Source of the DNA: Acidobacteriota bacterium
GTDB taxonomy: Bacteria; Acidobacteriota; Blastocatellia; RBC074
Assembly: GCA_033763255.1 (NCBI GenBank)
Contig: JANRKX010000067.1
Location: 33,957-97,956, forward strand
Reading direction: 5' to 3'
DNA length: 64,000 nt
Part shown: piece by piece, positions 38,125 through 48,968 of the stretch
Layout of the letters: the number at the start of each line of letters is the position of its first letter
Numbering within the stretch: the stretch's first letter is position 1
Notes under the pieces: model-generated
Told to the model about the DNA's origin: nothing
What the model saw: only the letters and a program-made list of their open reading frames with translations
The model's database searches: none
Position numbers and translations under genes: made by a program

Positions 38125-40770
38125 TTACGGCTTCACGGCCACAGTCGTTGAGATTCGTTGGCTGCCTGTCGTCGCTGTGATTTGATACACGCCAGAAGGC
38201 ATATCTCTGCCGCTCTCATTGCGGATGTCCCACACTGCGTCGTTCACGCCTGCCACACCTCTGGTTTGCAGCGTGCGAATCGTTGCCCCCTCCGCATTGC
38301 GAATGGTGACGGTGACGTTGCCGGGCTGTTTCAACCAGTAATGAATGCGCGCGCGGCCCCGTGGCGGAAAGGGCGGGACTTCGCGCGGCGCAGCCCATTT
38401 CAACTTGACCGGGCGGACATCGAAGACGTGCAACTCAGCGGCGCGCACTTGTTCGCTGAGCGCCTGCAACGGACGAATATCCATCAGAAACATGCTGCGT
38501 CCGTGCGTAGCGATAATCAGTTCGTGTTCACGCGGATGAATCACCAGATCATGCACAGGCGTTGTCGGCAGATCGGCGCAGAGCGATTGCCAATGCGCGC
38601 CGCGATTCAAGGAAACATAGACGCCCGCGTCCGTGCCGAGGTAAAGCAGATTGGCGTTTTGCGGGTCTTCGCGCACAACGTTGATGGATTCGGCGGGCAG
38701 GTTGTTGGCAATGGAAGTCCACGTTGCGCCGTAATCGGTCGAGCGATAGAGATACGCCGTGAAATCATCTACGCGATAGCCGGTCAACGAGACATAAACC
38801 GTCGCCGCGTCGTAATCGGAAGCTACGATGCGGCTGATCCATTTCGGCGGCAAACCGGCGCTGATGTTCTTCCAGTTTTTGCCGTCATCGCGCGTCAGAT
38901 AGAGCTTGCCGCTTTCCGTGCCCGCGTAAAGGATGCCGGGCGCGAAGCGCGATTCGGCGAGCATCGTGATCGTGCCCGTCGGCACAACGGCGCGTTCATC
39001 ATCGGCGGGATCGCTGAGGTCAGCACTGATCGCGCGCCACTGTCCGCCGCGATTTTGCGATTTGACGACGACGTTGCCGCCCGCATAAAGCGTGCGCGGT
39101 TCGTGGCGCGAAATGATGAAGGGCGTGTACCAGCCGAATCGCCACGGCGCTTCGCCACGCGGCGCGCGCGGGCGAATGCTTTCAGTTGCAGGCCCGTACG
39201 AAAACGGATTCCCGGCGGCAAGATTCATGCGCAACATATCGCCGTTCTGATGTTCGTAATACACGTAACGCGAATCGGTCGGATCAGGCAGCGTGACGAA
39301 AGCGTCGCCGCCCGTCCAGCGATCCAGCCACACGTGCCGCCAGGCATCATTCGCGGCAGGCTCATCGTTGGGACGGTAATCCGAAGGCGCATACAACGCG
39401 CCGTCATCCTGCGTGCCGCCGAAAATCGTGTAAGGCTCCTGCATGTCTACTGAGACAAAATAGAACTGGCCGATGGGCAGGTTGTTCAAATGCAGCCACG
39501 TTTTGCCACGGTCATAAGACTGATGCACGCCGCCGTCATTGCCGAGCAACAAGCGGTCTGGATTGGCCGGATCAATCCACAATTCGTGATGATCCAGGTG
39601 CATCGCCGTGCCTTCGGTGTTATGCACGCGGCGGATGGTTTCGCCGATGCGCTGATAGGTGCGCCCGCCATCGGTCGAATGAAACGCGCGATTGCCCAGA
39701 ATGTAGATTTCGTTTTCGTTGTCGGGCGACACGCGCACGTCGCAAAACTTCCAGCCATAAATGCTGAACACCTGATAGAGGTCTTCGGTGTTGGCGCGCT
39801 GCCACGTCTCGCCGCGATCTGCCGAACGATAGACTTCACCGCCGACAATCTGCCGTTGCTGATTGCCTGATGCGCCAGCAGCCGTGTCGGTTTTCCACTT
39901 CGCCCAGTTATCAATGAAGGCATAAATCACGCGCGAATTGCTGGCCGCTATATCCAGTCCGCTGCGCCCAAGCGGCCCGGTAGGCAATCCCCCGCGCAAT
40001 TGCTTCCACGTAGCGCCGCCGTCGGTCGTGCGATAGATGCCGCTCTCAGCGCCGTTCGGCATTTGCCACGCCGAAGCGAACAACGTCTTCGGGTCGGCAG
40101 GGTCCATCACCAGATCAATCACGCCGGTGCGTTCGCTGAGATACCAAACCTTCTCCCACGTGCGCCCGCCATTCATCGTGCGAAAGACGCCGCGCTCTTG
40201 ATTGAGCGAACGAAAATGACCCATTGCGGCGACATAAACTACGTCGGGATTTTTCGGATGAATGACGACCTTGCCGATGTGATAGGTATCGGCCAGCCCC
40301 ATGTTTTCCCACGTGCGCCCGCCGTTCACAGATTTGAATACACCGGTGCCCGCATAAGCCGGGCCGCTGTGGCGCGGTTGCACTTCGCCCGTGCCGACCC
40401 AGACGATTTCCGGGTTCGACGGCGCAACGGCGATGTCACCAATGGCGAAGGCCGATTCATGCTCAAAGATCGGTTGCCACGTCATCCCGTTATTGACGCT
40501 CTTCCAGACATTGCCCGCGCCCGGCCCGGCATAAATCGTGCTGGAACCCGGCGTGGGAACCGCCAGCGATTCAATCCGCGCGCCCTGCATCGAAGGGCCG
40601 AGCGGTTGCCAGTGCATCCCGCGAAACGGCGAACCGTCGCGCATGCGCACGTGCTCTTGCCACGCTTGCAGCCGCGCATTGCCGTCAGCGGAGGTGCTGC
40701 TAGTGATCGCAACAAAGAGGACAAGGCTCAGCAGTGGCACAAACGACAGACGTAAGAGTAAATGCTTCAT
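38125..40770 (-). CDS. secreted BNR/Asp-box repeat beta-propeller protein (sortilin/VPS10-like or glycoside-hydrolase-like) with C-terminal Ig-like domain
   Basis: Seven or more S-x-D-x-G-x-T-W motifs (SADRGETW, STDGGRTY, SYDRGKTW, SQNRGGQW, TRDDGKNW, STDYGATW, SLNRGAHW); signal peptide. The ORF-track N-extension is REP-encoded, so the start is set at MKHLL. Confidence 0.75.
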   Translation of the reverse strand: MKHLLLRLSFVPLLSLVLFVAITSSTSADGNARLQAWQEHVRMRDGSPFRGMHWQPLGPSMQGARIESLAVPTPGSSTIYAGPGAGNVWKSVNNGMTWQPIFEHESAFAIGDIAVAPSNPEIVWVGTGEVQPRHSGPAYAGTGVFKSVNGGRTWENMGLADTYHIGKVVIHPKNPDVVYVAAMGHFRSLNQERGVFRTMNGGRTWEKVWYLSERTGVIDLVMDPADPKTLFASAWQMPNGAESGIYRTTDGGATWKQLRGGLPTGPLGRSGLDIAASNSRVIYAFIDNWAKWKTDTAAGASGNQQRQIVGGEVYRSADRGETWQRANTEDLYQVFSIYGWKFCDVRVSPDNENEIYILGNRAFHSTDGGRTYQRIGETIRRVHNTEGTAMHLDHHELWIDPANPDRLLLGNDGGVHQSYDRGKTWLHLNNLPIGQFYFVSVDMQEPYTIFGGTQDDGALYAPSDYRPNDEPAANDAWRHVWLDRWTGGDAFVTLPDPTDSRYVYYEHQNGDMLRMNLAAGNPFSYGPATESIRPRAPRGEAPWRFGWYTPFIISRHEPRTLYAGGNVVVKSQNRGGQWRAISADLSDPADDERAVVPTGTITMLAESRFAPGILYAGTESGKLYLTRDDGKNWKNISAGLPPKWISRIVASDYDAATVYVSLTGYRVDDFTAYLYRSTDYGATWTSIANNLPAESINVVREDPQNANLLYLGTDAGVYVSLNRGAHWQSLCADLPTTPVHDLVIHPREHELIIATHGRSMFLMDIRPLQALSEQVRAAELHVFDVRPVKLKWAAPREVPPFPPRGRARIHYWLKQPGNVTVTIRNAEGATIRTLQTRGVAGVNDAVWDIRNESGRDMPSGVYQITATTGSQRISTTVAVKP

Positions 40771-40780
40771 TGATTCGATT

Positions 40781-40916
40781 GGGTACGCACGCGCCCTCGC
40801 GTGCAGTCTCGGCAATTGGGTACGCACGCGCCCCCGCGTGCAGGATTTGCGAAAAGTTTATTTCTGGTCAAAGTTTTACTCGCCGAGTCCCGCACGCGAG
40901 GGCGCGTGCGTACCCA
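40781..40916. repeat. REP cluster (3 copies, two direct and one inverted) on the left of the RAYT gene
   Basis: GGGTACGCACGCGCCCTCGCGTGCAG at 40781 and 40818; inverted copy about 40888-40916 overlapping the RAYT 3' end. Confidence 0.7.
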
Positions 40917-41518
40917 GCACTGCTCCATTGCCAGTCTTTGGGTTTCACGCATAAACCGGCTTTGACAGGATTGTTCTCGATGTATGCGACCGCGTTTTGG
41001 TAGTGCCGTTCGTTGCGAATGTAACGGTCAAAATACTCTTTGTGCCAAAAACGTCCCTTGAGTCCCAGCAACTTGTTACAGCGATGCGAAGTAACGCTTT
41101 TCCAATCGCCAACGATGTCACTCATTACATAACCAGCCAGCGGCGTGAATAAGGCATGCACGTGATTGGGCATCACGCACCAAGCAAGCAATTCGTATTG
41201 TTCACCGTCGAAATGCAGCAAGGCATTTTGCACAAGCTCCGCCGCGCGGTCATCGCGCAACCAGCAGGCTCCGTGACCGGCATCCAGATAGTCCTGTATG
41301 CGAGTACGAAATTCCGTGTCAGCTTCCCGTCTTGCCAAATGTTGCAACTCGATGCGCCAACGATCCAGCACGGCTTGCGGCATTGAATCAGCCAGATGAA
41401 AGCTGACGTGTTGCGTAGCGTCTTCGCCGTCGAAGTGCGGAAAGTATCCACGCTGATGCCATCCGCCCTCGGCTTCGGATTTCGGAATGACCAACCGATT
41501 TTTGAATGTCTTGGGCAT
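40868..41518 (-). CDS. REP-associated tyrosine transposase (RAYT, IS200/IS605 TnpA-like)
   Basis: GW.QRGYFPHFD N-terminus; HuH motif PNHVHALF; catalytic Tyr region YIENNPVKAG; flanked by REPs. Confidence 0.8.
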   Translation of the reverse strand: MPKTFKNRLVIPKSEAEGGWHQRGYFPHFDGEDATQHVSFHLADSMPQAVLDRWRIELQHLARREADTEFRTRIQDYLDAGHGACWLRDDRAAELVQNALLHFDGEQYELLAWCVMPNHVHALFTPLAGYVMSDIVGDWKSVTSHRCNKLLGLKGRFWHKEYFDRYIRNERHYQNAVAYIENNPVKAGLCVKPKDWQWSSAGYARALACGTRRVKL

Positions 41519-41528
41519 ATTGATTTAT

Positions 41529-41692
41529 GGGGTGCGCACGCGCCCTCGCGTGCTCTCGGCTACCAATGCCTTGATGCATAAGGGTTATCTTTCAATCTTA
41601 TTGCGTCCGATGCCAAGCCAGCACGCGAGGGCGCGTGCGCACCCAATTCCGCCTAACGCCACGCCAGCACGCGAGGGCGCGTGCGTACCCAG
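41529..41692. repeat. REP cluster (3 copies) on the right of the RAYT gene
   Basis: GGGGTGCGCACGCGCCCTCGCGTGC at 41529; inverted copies about 41626-41650 and about 41664-41692. Confidence 0.7.
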
Positions 41693-41694
41693 AT

Positions 41695-44394
41695 TCACTT
41701 CTTCAGCAACGCCGTCCAGTGCTGCACCACCGTCAGCGGGCGCGTCGTCGCGTCTTCCAGCGGGCGCAGCAACAGAATCCGCTGCCCGTCGGCGCTCACG
41801 TCGTACACGTAGCGGTTGTTGCGGCGGCCATAGCTGCCCACCTCAAAGAGCGGCGCGGGTGTCCCGGCGCCAAAGTTTGCGCCCGGCGTGACCGGCACGG
41901 CCATCAGTTTGTCATCGGGCGCAACGTAATACAGTTCCCGCCCATCGCGCCGCCAGCGGGGGAGCGCGCCGCCGCCTTTGGACACGATGACTTTCCGCCC
42001 CGGCTCCGGGAAGGCTTGCACGTAAATTTCATTGGGCCCGGATTCATTCGATTGGTACACCAGCCAGCGTCCATCGGGCGAGACCTTGCCCCAATTTTCT
42101 CCAAATTGCGTGGTCAGATAAGGCTTCGGCTGGCGGTCGCCGGACAGCGGCAGCAACCAAAGATCACCTGCTGTCTTTTCACCTTCTTTCCTGTAGACGA
42201 TGTACTTCCCATCGTTTGACCAATCGGTTTGATAGATGGAACGCGCTTCTTCCTTGAAGACGAATGCTTCTTTGTCATCGTTCCCGTTCACTCCTTTTTG
42301 CCAGATGGCCCAGGCTCCTTCCCGATTCGAGCCAAAGGAAATCTGTTTCCCATCCGGCGACCAGAGCGGGAATATCTTGTGACTGGAATCGGAAGTCAGA
42401 CGGTCAAACGTTTCGCGCGCGAGGTCGAAAGACCAGATGTCATGGCTGACTTTCTGTGGCTCATATCGTTCAAATATTACTTGTGCGCCGTTGGGTGAGA
42501 GATTCAGCGAGCGATAGCGGCCTGGCGTGCCGACCAGAGATAGCTGCCTGCCGCTGCGATCAAGCCAGACAAGCTGCGTATTCGGATTCCCTCCGCTTTG
42601 ATAGATCAGCCATTTGTCCTCGCAGACCGACAAGGGGGAATAGTCAGCGGAGAGGTGGCGATTCCCCTGCTCGGCCAGCGTGACGGGATCGCCGCGAAGG
42701 CTCCGCGCCTCGGCATCAAACCGTTGCGCCAGAATCTTCTCCCCACGCAGGAAGAGCAAATACCCGGCAGTGGAGTATTCGGCATTCGTATCGGAGCGCA
42801 GCAGGAAGCTGGTCTGCGGTTGATCGAGCGAACCGAGCTTGATCCCGATATTCTCCGGCTGCGCCGACCGGACAAAGAACACAAAATGACGACCGTCGGG
42901 CAGAAAACGAGGGTAAATATGCTGATATTCAAGACGCGCGCCATCCAGACGGGTGACCGGCGTGGGCACACCGCCTCTGTCCGACACCTGATGAAGACCA
43001 ACGCTATTCTGCGCTGGAGCAAAAAGGATGACGCCTGCGCTGTTCCACGTACCGCCGAAACCACTGGGCACATCGCAGAGGCTTTCGGGCGTGCCGCCGG
43101 CAGCCTCGATTCGTTTGAGCTTGCCGCCGCTGAAAAACCCGAGGTGGCGGCTATCGGGCGACCAGAAGGGAAAGCGTGCGCCCTCTGTTCCCGGCACGCG
43201 CACCGGCTCCGGCGCATCCAGCGAGTAGAGCCAGATGTGGTTCGTGCCTTCGGTGACGGCGGTAAAGGCAATGCGCCGCCCATCGGGTGAAAAAGCCGGT
43301 GAGCCATTGTCCCCACTGACCGAGGCGGGCCAGGGCAGATAGGTGTAGTTGGCACGACTCTCCGCAGGCGCGCGACGGAAGGCAATCCACGCGAAGGCCA
43401 GCGTTGCCAGCAACAGCGCCGCCGCCACGAATGGGTACGCACGCGCCCTCGCGTGCTTGCTTGGCGAGTCGCCCATTGGCATCGAAGAAGCCTCTTCTCC
43501 AGACCTGCCCGCGAGGGCGCGGGCGTACCCAGACGACGCCAGCGATTCCAGCGCAAAGCCGAGATCGCTCGCCGTCTGAAAGCGCCGCTCCGGTTTCTTT
43601 TCCAAACAACGCCGCACGAGCCGGTCCAACTGCGGCGAAATCTTCGCGTTGGTCTCGCTCAACTCCGCTGGCTCGTCCTTCAAGATCGCGTTCATCAATT
43701 CGACCAGCGAATCGCCAGTGAACGTCCGCTGCCCACTCAGCATTTCGTGCAGGATGATGCCGAAGCTGAAGATGTCTGACCGATGATCGGTTTCCTGTCC
43801 GCGCACTTGTTCGGGCGACATATAGCTGACCGTTCCCAGAATCACGCCTGGATTGGTGAGCGGCTTCAGCGTCGCGGCTTCCGAATCCACGCCGCCGCCC
43901 ATCGTCTGGGGCTTTAACTTCGCCAAGCCGAAATCCAGAATCTTGACGCGCCCGTCTTTCGTCACAAACAAATTCTCTGGCTTCAAGTCGCGATGCACGA
44001 TGCCTTTTTCGTGCGCGGCGGCGAGTCCGGCGGCAATCTGTTGGGCGTATTCAATCGCGCGTTTGACTGGCAATGCGCCATCGTTCAGTTGCGCGCGCAG
44101 TTCTTCGCCTTCTAACAATTCCGCGACGAGGTACGGCGCGCCTTCGTGCGTGCCGATGTCGTAAACCGTCAGGATATTTGGATGATTGAGCGCACTTGTC
44201 GCGCGCGCTTCCTGCTCGAACCGTTTCAGGCGGTCAGGGGCATTCGCAAAGTCGGCGGGCAGGACTTTGATGGCGACATCGCGGCCCAGCCGTTCGTCGC
44301 GGGCGCGGTAAACTTCGCCCATCCCGCCTGCGCCGATTTTGGAAACGAGGCGATAATGTGACAGATTCATTTGGGGTAAAGGTTCCTGATTCAT
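41695..44394 (-). CDS. Ser/Thr protein kinase with TM helix and C-terminal TolB-like (PD40) beta-propeller domain
   Basis: Kinase motifs ([22 protein letters not shown]); [20 protein letters not shown]; repeated PD40-like SPDG/WS.DG blades. Confidence 0.85.
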   Translation of the reverse strand: MNQEPLPQMNLSHYRLVSKIGAGGMGEVYRARDERLGRDVAIKVLPADFANAPDRLKRFEQEARATSALNHPNILTVYDIGTHEGAPYLVAELLEGEELRAQLNDGALPVKRAIEYAQQIAAGLAAAHEKGIVHRDLKPENLFVTKDGRVKILDFGLAKLKPQTMGGGVDSEAATLKPLTNPGVILGTVSYMSPEQVRGQETDHRSDIFSFGIILHEMLSGQRTFTGDSLVELMNAILKDEPAELSETNAKISPQLDRLVRRCLEKKPERRFQTASDLGFALESLASSGYARALAGRSGEEASSMPMGDSPSKHARARAYPFVAAALLLATLAFAWIAFRRAPAESRANYTYLPWPASVSGDNGSPAFSPDGRRIAFTAVTEGTNHIWLYSLDAPEPVRVPGTEGARFPFWSPDSRHLGFFSGGKLKRIEAAGGTPESLCDVPSGFGGTWNSAGVILFAPAQNSVGLHQVSDRGGVPTPVTRLDGARLEYQHIYPRFLPDGRHFVFFVRSAQPENIGIKLGSLDQPQTSFLLRSDTNAEYSTAGYLLFLRGEKILAQRFDAEARSLRGDPVTLAEQGNRHLSADYSPLSVCEDKWLIYQSGGNPNTQLVWLDRSGRQLSLVGTPGRYRSLNLSPNGAQVIFERYEPQKVSHDIWSFDLARETFDRLTSDSSHKIFPLWSPDGKQISFGSNREGAWAIWQKGVNGNDDKEAFVFKEEARSIYQTDWSNDGKYIVYRKEGEKTAGDLWLLPLSGDRQPKPYLTTQFGENWGKVSPDGRWLVYQSNESGPNEIYVQAFPEPGRKVIVSKGGGALPRWRRDGRELYYVAPDDKLMAVPVTPGANFGAGTPAPLFEVGSYGRRNNRYVYDVSADGQRILLLRPLEDATTRPLTVVQHWTALLKK
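43433..43531. repeat. REP doublet (one direct, one inverted; about 99 bp) lying in-frame inside the kinase CDS
   Basis: GGGTACGCACGCGCCCTCGCGTGC at 43433 and GCCCGCGAGGGCGCGGGCGTACCCA at 43506. They are translated as ...GYARALAG...HARARAYP... in the kinase linker. Confidence 0.65.
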
Positions 44395-44505
44395 TGATCC
44401 TCAATTTGCTTGCAGCAAACGCCAGATGGGCGCCGGATTGATTGTGGGTTTCAGGATAGTGCATCTGCCCAAACTGCGCGAGACCGCAACACGTTCCAAA
44501 ACGAT

Positions 44506-44618
44506 TTATGGAGTGCGGTCGGCTTGCCACCGCTATGGCTTTCGCAATTGTACAATTTGGTTTCAGCTAGTTTCTCGCGCTTCGAACGGAAAGCGGCGGC
44601 AAGCCGACCGCACTCCAT
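44506..44618. repeat. palindromic MITE-like element
   Basis: GGAGTGCGGTCGGCTTGCCACCGC...GCGGCGGCAAGCCGACCGCACTCC (24-bp near-perfect terminal inverted repeat), 3 nt downstream of the DinB-like gene stop. Confidence 0.6.
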
Positions 44619-44620
44619 AC

Positions 44621-45094
44621 TTACACCCAATCTTTTTTGAACCGTAGCTCTTCGATTCGATAAGCGTGCTGCATCTCGTGCGGCAGCAATTGCCGAAACA
44701 TAATCCAGACCGAGTAATGGCAGAACTCTGGATGCGCCGCCGTTCGTTGCCAATCGGCTTCAGCGAGCTGCTGCAATCGCTCGACCAGGCGCGCACGTTC
44801 GCTCACAAAAAAGGCCAGCGATTTGTCCAGATCAACGTTGAGCAATGCACCCGCTTCCTCATCCGGCGTAGCCGACATTGGTGTGATGCAGGGCGAGGAG
44901 TCAGAGAGCATCAACTCCAGCCGCGCGAAGTAAGGCGCGTCTATCGTCGTGATGTGGCAGGCGTGTTCGTGCGCCGACCATTTGTTGGGGCTGGGACGAC
45001 GCTTCAGATGTTGAGGTGGGACTTCGCGCACAAGGCCGATTATGATTTCGGGCGCGGCGGCTAATGCCGCAATCAGGGTTTGCGGATTATTCAT
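44621..45094 (-). CDS. DinB/YfiT-like metal-dependent protein
   Basis: 158 aa from the internal MNNPQTL; His-rich motifs WSAHEHACHI and LLPHEMQHAYRIEEL. Confidence 0.6.
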   Translation of the reverse strand: MNNPQTLIAALAAAPEIIIGLVREVPPQHLKRRPSPNKWSAHEHACHITTIDAPYFARLELMLSDSSPCITPMSATPDEEAGALLNVDLDKSLAFFVSERARLVERLQQLAEADWQRTAAHPEFCHYSVWIMFRQLLPHEMQHAYRIEELRFKKDWV

Positions 45095-45225
45095 AATCTT
45101 TACCAAGCGACAGTTTTTCCAGCATTGTGCGACTGTTCTATCGTCAAAGCCAGAGCCATCACCTGATCTTTTGCCGCTAGGTTGCGACAAGTTTAGGTCA
45201 GCCCGGATCGCGTCGTGGAATGTAT

Positions 45226-45504
45226 TCAGGCGAGCTTTGCCCGTTTTGCACTGTAGCGGCGGAACCGGCTGATCGGCACGACCTGTAACGTTCGACGAAG
45301 GATTGGCGTTGTCGAAGGTTGATGCCGCTGGCCTGGTTTCTGTGGCTTTGGTTTTTCCGTCAGAAAAAGTCCAACCAGACAAACCGCCGCCGCCAGCACG
45401 GCCAGCGCGGTGAGCGTCACCACGATCGGCAGCATGAAATTCAGCGCCAGGCTGAACGTGTTCAACTGCTGTACTGCTTCGAATTGCATGGATGTTTGTT
45501 GCAT
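45226..45504 (-). CDS. small membrane protein (hypothetical)
   Basis: RBS ggagg 9 nt upstream of the ATG; one TM helix; Pro/Lys-rich tail. Confidence 0.35.
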   Translation of the reverse strand: MQQTSMQFEAVQQLNTFSLALNFMLPIVVTLTALAVLAAAVCLVGLFLTEKPKPQKPGQRHQPSTTPILRRTLQVVPISRFRRYSAKRAKLA

Positions 45505-45765
45505 CACAGGGAACCTCCGTTTGCGACCAGGCTTTCATGGTTGATTTGTTATGAAGCCTCAACCGTTTTTTTCGCTTCCAGGTGAAAGACCGGAAACGGA
45601 GCGTGCATCCCCTCACAATTCATGGAAAGAATTGTTTTCAGTAAATTTTTCGATCTGGTAGAGCGGCGTCTCGCCTGCGATTGGAAAAGGCGACTGATGG
45701 AGCGCAGGCAGGACGCCCGCGCTCTCAGCGGCAAGGTAAGTCATCGAACTGCGTTAGTTCGTCGC

Positions 45766-47223
45766 TCATCCTTTGCGACGAATCGAATACAAGGTCTTTT
45801 CCGTTCGTAATAACAACCGCTCGCCGACAATCGCAGGCGTTGCTTGCGCCATATCGTCCAGTTCATTGACGTGCAACAACTTGAATTCAGCGCCCGCCGC
45901 AATGACGAAGGTCTGGCCTTCTTCGCTGAGGCAAAACAGCTTGCCGTTGTAAGCCCACGGCGAAGTCGTGAACGCTGTCGCTTTCGGGTCAATGCGAGTC
46001 TTGTAAGTTTGCTTGCCGGTTTTGGCATCAAGGCGTGTCAGGATGCCGTTTTCGGTCAGAGCGTAAATGCCGCCTTCGTAAGCCAGACAGGCCGGCAGGT
46101 AAGTTCCCGCGCGCGGCACCGACCACGCGACGAATTCATTGGCGCTTTCGCCTTTGGGCAGGGAGATGTCGCCTTTTGCTCCGGGACGCACAGCAACGAT
46201 CAACGATCCGCGCCCACCGTTGATATACAGCAATCCGTCGTAAGCAAACGGCATCGGAATCGGAGCGCCAGACATTCCCCCCATTCGCCACAATTCTTTT
46301 CCGGCCAGGTCGTAACTGATAACGAATTCCGGGCCGACGGCGATGAGTTCCGTTCGCAGAGCGTGCCGCCACACGTACGGAGTCACCCAGGCAGATTGTC
46401 GTCCTTTGGGGCCGAGGCTTCGATTTGTGCGCCAGATTTCCTTGCCGGTTTGTTTGTCGAAGGCCGCGATGAATTGCTGTTTTTCGTTGTCGTTCAAAAT
46501 CACCAGCATGTTGTTCACCAACGCAGGCGAACTGCCCGTGCCGAAATCCAGGTAAACCGGATTGGATTCGAGCGGTGTATGCCACACTTGTTTGCCTTTC
46601 AGATCGAACGCCCACAACCCCAGATTGCCGATGTACACGTAAACAAATTTGCCGTCGGTGACGGGGCTTTCGGAGCTGAAACTGTTTTTGCGATGACGGC
46701 CTCCGGGCGGACGGCCTTTGTAAAATTCCCGCTGCCATTCGGTTTTGCCGGTTTTCAGATTCAGGCAATAGACGAAGTAATGCAGCATCACTTCGTGGGG
46801 CATTTCAATGTCGCGCTCGTTGACCTTCTCAATAATCTCTTTCATCGTCAGCCCCTGCTTTTGCAGTTCCGCGACGTATTCGTTGCTGTATTCGGTGCCG
46901 ATTTGCGGCGGCTTGGATTTGCCTTCAGTGGTGACTGTGGTCAAAAAGACTTTGTCGCCCGACACAATCGGCGAAGACCATCCGCGACCGGGAAGCGATT
47001 GCGCCCATTCGACGTTTTCAGTCTTCGACCAGCGATCAGCCAATCGCGCGTTGGTTCCCACCGGATTCGATTCCGGCCCGCGAAATTGAGGCCAGGCGAT
47101 GTTCTGACCAAACACAGTCAACGACAGCATCATAAGCAGGCCTGCCAAGGCAGCTTGGCGCAAAAGAAAGTAACGGCCAATCACATTGTGACAACGCACC
47201 GCTTCAAAATAGTTTGTAATCAT
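45766..47223 (-). CDS. PQQ-like beta-propeller repeat protein (BamB-like fold), secreted
   Basis: Signal peptide/TM; repeated W..P...G......G.V.. blades; RBS aggaaag before MITNYFE. Confidence 0.7.
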   Translation of the reverse strand: MITNYFEAVRCHNVIGRYFLLRQAALAGLLMMLSLTVFGQNIAWPQFRGPESNPVGTNARLADRWSKTENVEWAQSLPGRGWSSPIVSGDKVFLTTVTTEGKSKPPQIGTEYSNEYVAELQKQGLTMKEIIEKVNERDIEMPHEVMLHYFVYCLNLKTGKTEWQREFYKGRPPGGRHRKNSFSSESPVTDGKFVYVYIGNLGLWAFDLKGKQVWHTPLESNPVYLDFGTGSSPALVNNMLVILNDNEKQQFIAAFDKQTGKEIWRTNRSLGPKGRQSAWVTPYVWRHALRTELIAVGPEFVISYDLAGKELWRMGGMSGAPIPMPFAYDGLLYINGGRGSLIVAVRPGAKGDISLPKGESANEFVAWSVPRAGTYLPACLAYEGGIYALTENGILTRLDAKTGKQTYKTRIDPKATAFTTSPWAYNGKLFCLSEEGQTFVIAAGAEFKLLHVNELDDMAQATPAIVGERLLLRTEKTLYSIRRKG

Positions 47224-47548
47224 CTTTCCTCTGTATGTTTTAGCTCTAAACAGCCCAATTGACATTTTCAGGACAAACACGCCGTCAAAACCATTGCGGA
47301 AACGATTTTTCTTTATCACCGCACAATTCAAACGGAGTCAGTTGTTTATCCCGAACAAGTTATTTCGGTTACTATACAACGGCAACCAAACATCAAAAAC
47401 GGCAGGCATCAAATTGTTTGATCCCAATGGCGCAGGCTAATCAACCGGTTCGCACGGGTTGTTAATAAAAAGTCTGTCCCGCACGTTATGTGGTGAAAGT
47501 AGCAAAACCAAATCAGGCCACGCGCCGTTGAAAGGAATCACAAACCCA

Positions 47549-48883
47549 ATGCTCAAGAAATGTTCGCCCTTTTTCGCATTCATCATTCTGGCCGTCGCCT
47601 CCGCCATCGCGCAGGCCGATAAAGTTGACGATTACGTCAAAACCGAAATGCAGCGCCAGCATATCCCCGGCGTATCCATCGCGGTCGTCAAAGACGGAAA
47701 AATTATCAAAGTGGAAGGCTACGGCTTGGCGAATATCGAGCACAACGTTCCGGCACGACCGGAAACCGTTTATCAGATCGGTTCAGTCAGTAAGCAATTG
47801 ATTGCCGCGGGCGTTCTGTTGCTAATTCAAGACGGCAAGGTGCGGCTGGAAGACAAACTGAGTCAGTTTCTCGACGGCACGCCGGAAACGTGGAAAGACA
47901 TCACCGTTCGCCATCTGCTGACGCATACGTCGGGCATAGTGCGCGAAGCACCGGGTTTCGATCCGTTCAAGGTTCAGGCCGATGCCGATGTCATCAAGAC
48001 GGCGTACCCGTTGCCGTTGCGGTTCGCGCCGGGCGAGAAGTGGGAATACTGCAACGTCGGGTATTTTTCGCTGGCGGAAATCATTCGCAAAGTTTCCGGC
48101 AAACCCTGGGGAGAGTTTCTGAAAGAGCGATTGTTTCTGCCGCTGGAAATGAACGTTACGCGCACGACGACGCTGACGGACATTGTTTACAACCGCGCGG
48201 ACGGTTACGTCTGGCGCAGCAACAAATTCGACAACGCCACTTCTTTTTCCGCGTTGCGTCCGAGCGGCGCGTTTCTTTCCAGCGTGATTGATCTGGCGAA
48301 ATGGGACGCCGCGCTTTATGGCGACAAAGTGCTGTCCGCCGCAACGCGCGAACAGATGTGGTCGCCTGTGAAATTGAATAGCGGCGCGACGCATCCGTAT
48401 GGCTTCGGCTGGGAATTGAGTTCGGTCGCCGGACATAAGCTGGCGCAGCACGGCGGTTCGCTGCCGGGCTTTCGCGCGCAGATTTCGCGCTACGTGGATG
48501 ACAAGCTGACCGTCATCGTACTGACGAATGCCGATGGTGCGAATCCGAACCTGATCGCGCTTGGCGTCGCAGCGCAATACATTCCGGGACTGATTCCGGA
48601 GCGCACCGTAGCCAAAATTGATCCGCAACTCCTCAATGCTCACGTCGGCCAATATCAGCATCCCGCCGTCGTCATCACCATCACGCGCGAAGGCGACAAG
48701 TTGCGATTGCAACAAGGCGCGAATGCTGAAAAGCAAGACCTTCTGCCGGAAAGCGCCACCAGCTTTTTCACGAACGAAAATCGTCGCCTGACTTATAGCT
48801 TCGTCAAGGATGACAAAGGCGACAGCTATCTGGTCGTGCAGTTGGAAGGCCGAGAGACTGCGAGGGCGAAGAAAATCAAGTGA
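47549..48883 (+). CDS. serine hydrolase of the beta-lactamase/PBP (class C-like) family, secreted
   Basis: Signal peptide; S-x-x-K active-site motif in YQIGSVSKQLIAAGVLLLI; about 445 aa. Confidence 0.8.
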   Translation: MLKKCSPFFAFIILAVASAIAQADKVDDYVKTEMQRQHIPGVSIAVVKDGKIIKVEGYGLANIEHNVPARPETVYQIGSVSKQLIAAGVLLLIQDGKVRLEDKLSQFLDGTPETWKDITVRHLLTHTSGIVREAPGFDPFKVQADADVIKTAYPLPLRFAPGEKWEYCNVGYFSLAEIIRKVSGKPWGEFLKERLFLPLEMNVTRTTTLTDIVYNRADGYVWRSNKFDNATSFSALRPSGAFLSSVIDLAKWDAALYGDKVLSAATREQMWSPVKLNSGATHPYGFGWELSSVAGHKLAQHGGSLPGFRAQISRYVDDKLTVIVLTNADGANPNLIALGVAAQYIPGLIPERTVAKIDPQLLNAHVGQYQHPAVVITITREGDKLRLQQGANAEKQDLLPESATSFFTNENRRLTYSFVKDDKGDSYLVVQLEGRETARAKKIK

Positions 48884-48968
48884 CTTTCGCACAACGATTG
48901 AGCGCGGCGCTGGGAATGACAACCTGAAAATAACCGGGCTGTCCAGCTTTCGTGATCGAAGCCCTGCG

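Noticed and set aside
38158-39453. 431-aa plus-strand ORF
   Set aside because: It is antisense to the BNR/Asp-box protein, which has seven clear Asp-box motifs. It is Arg/Ala-rich.
45844-47262. 472-aa plus-strand ORF
   Set aside because: It is antisense to the PQQ beta-propeller gene. Its composition is artefactual.
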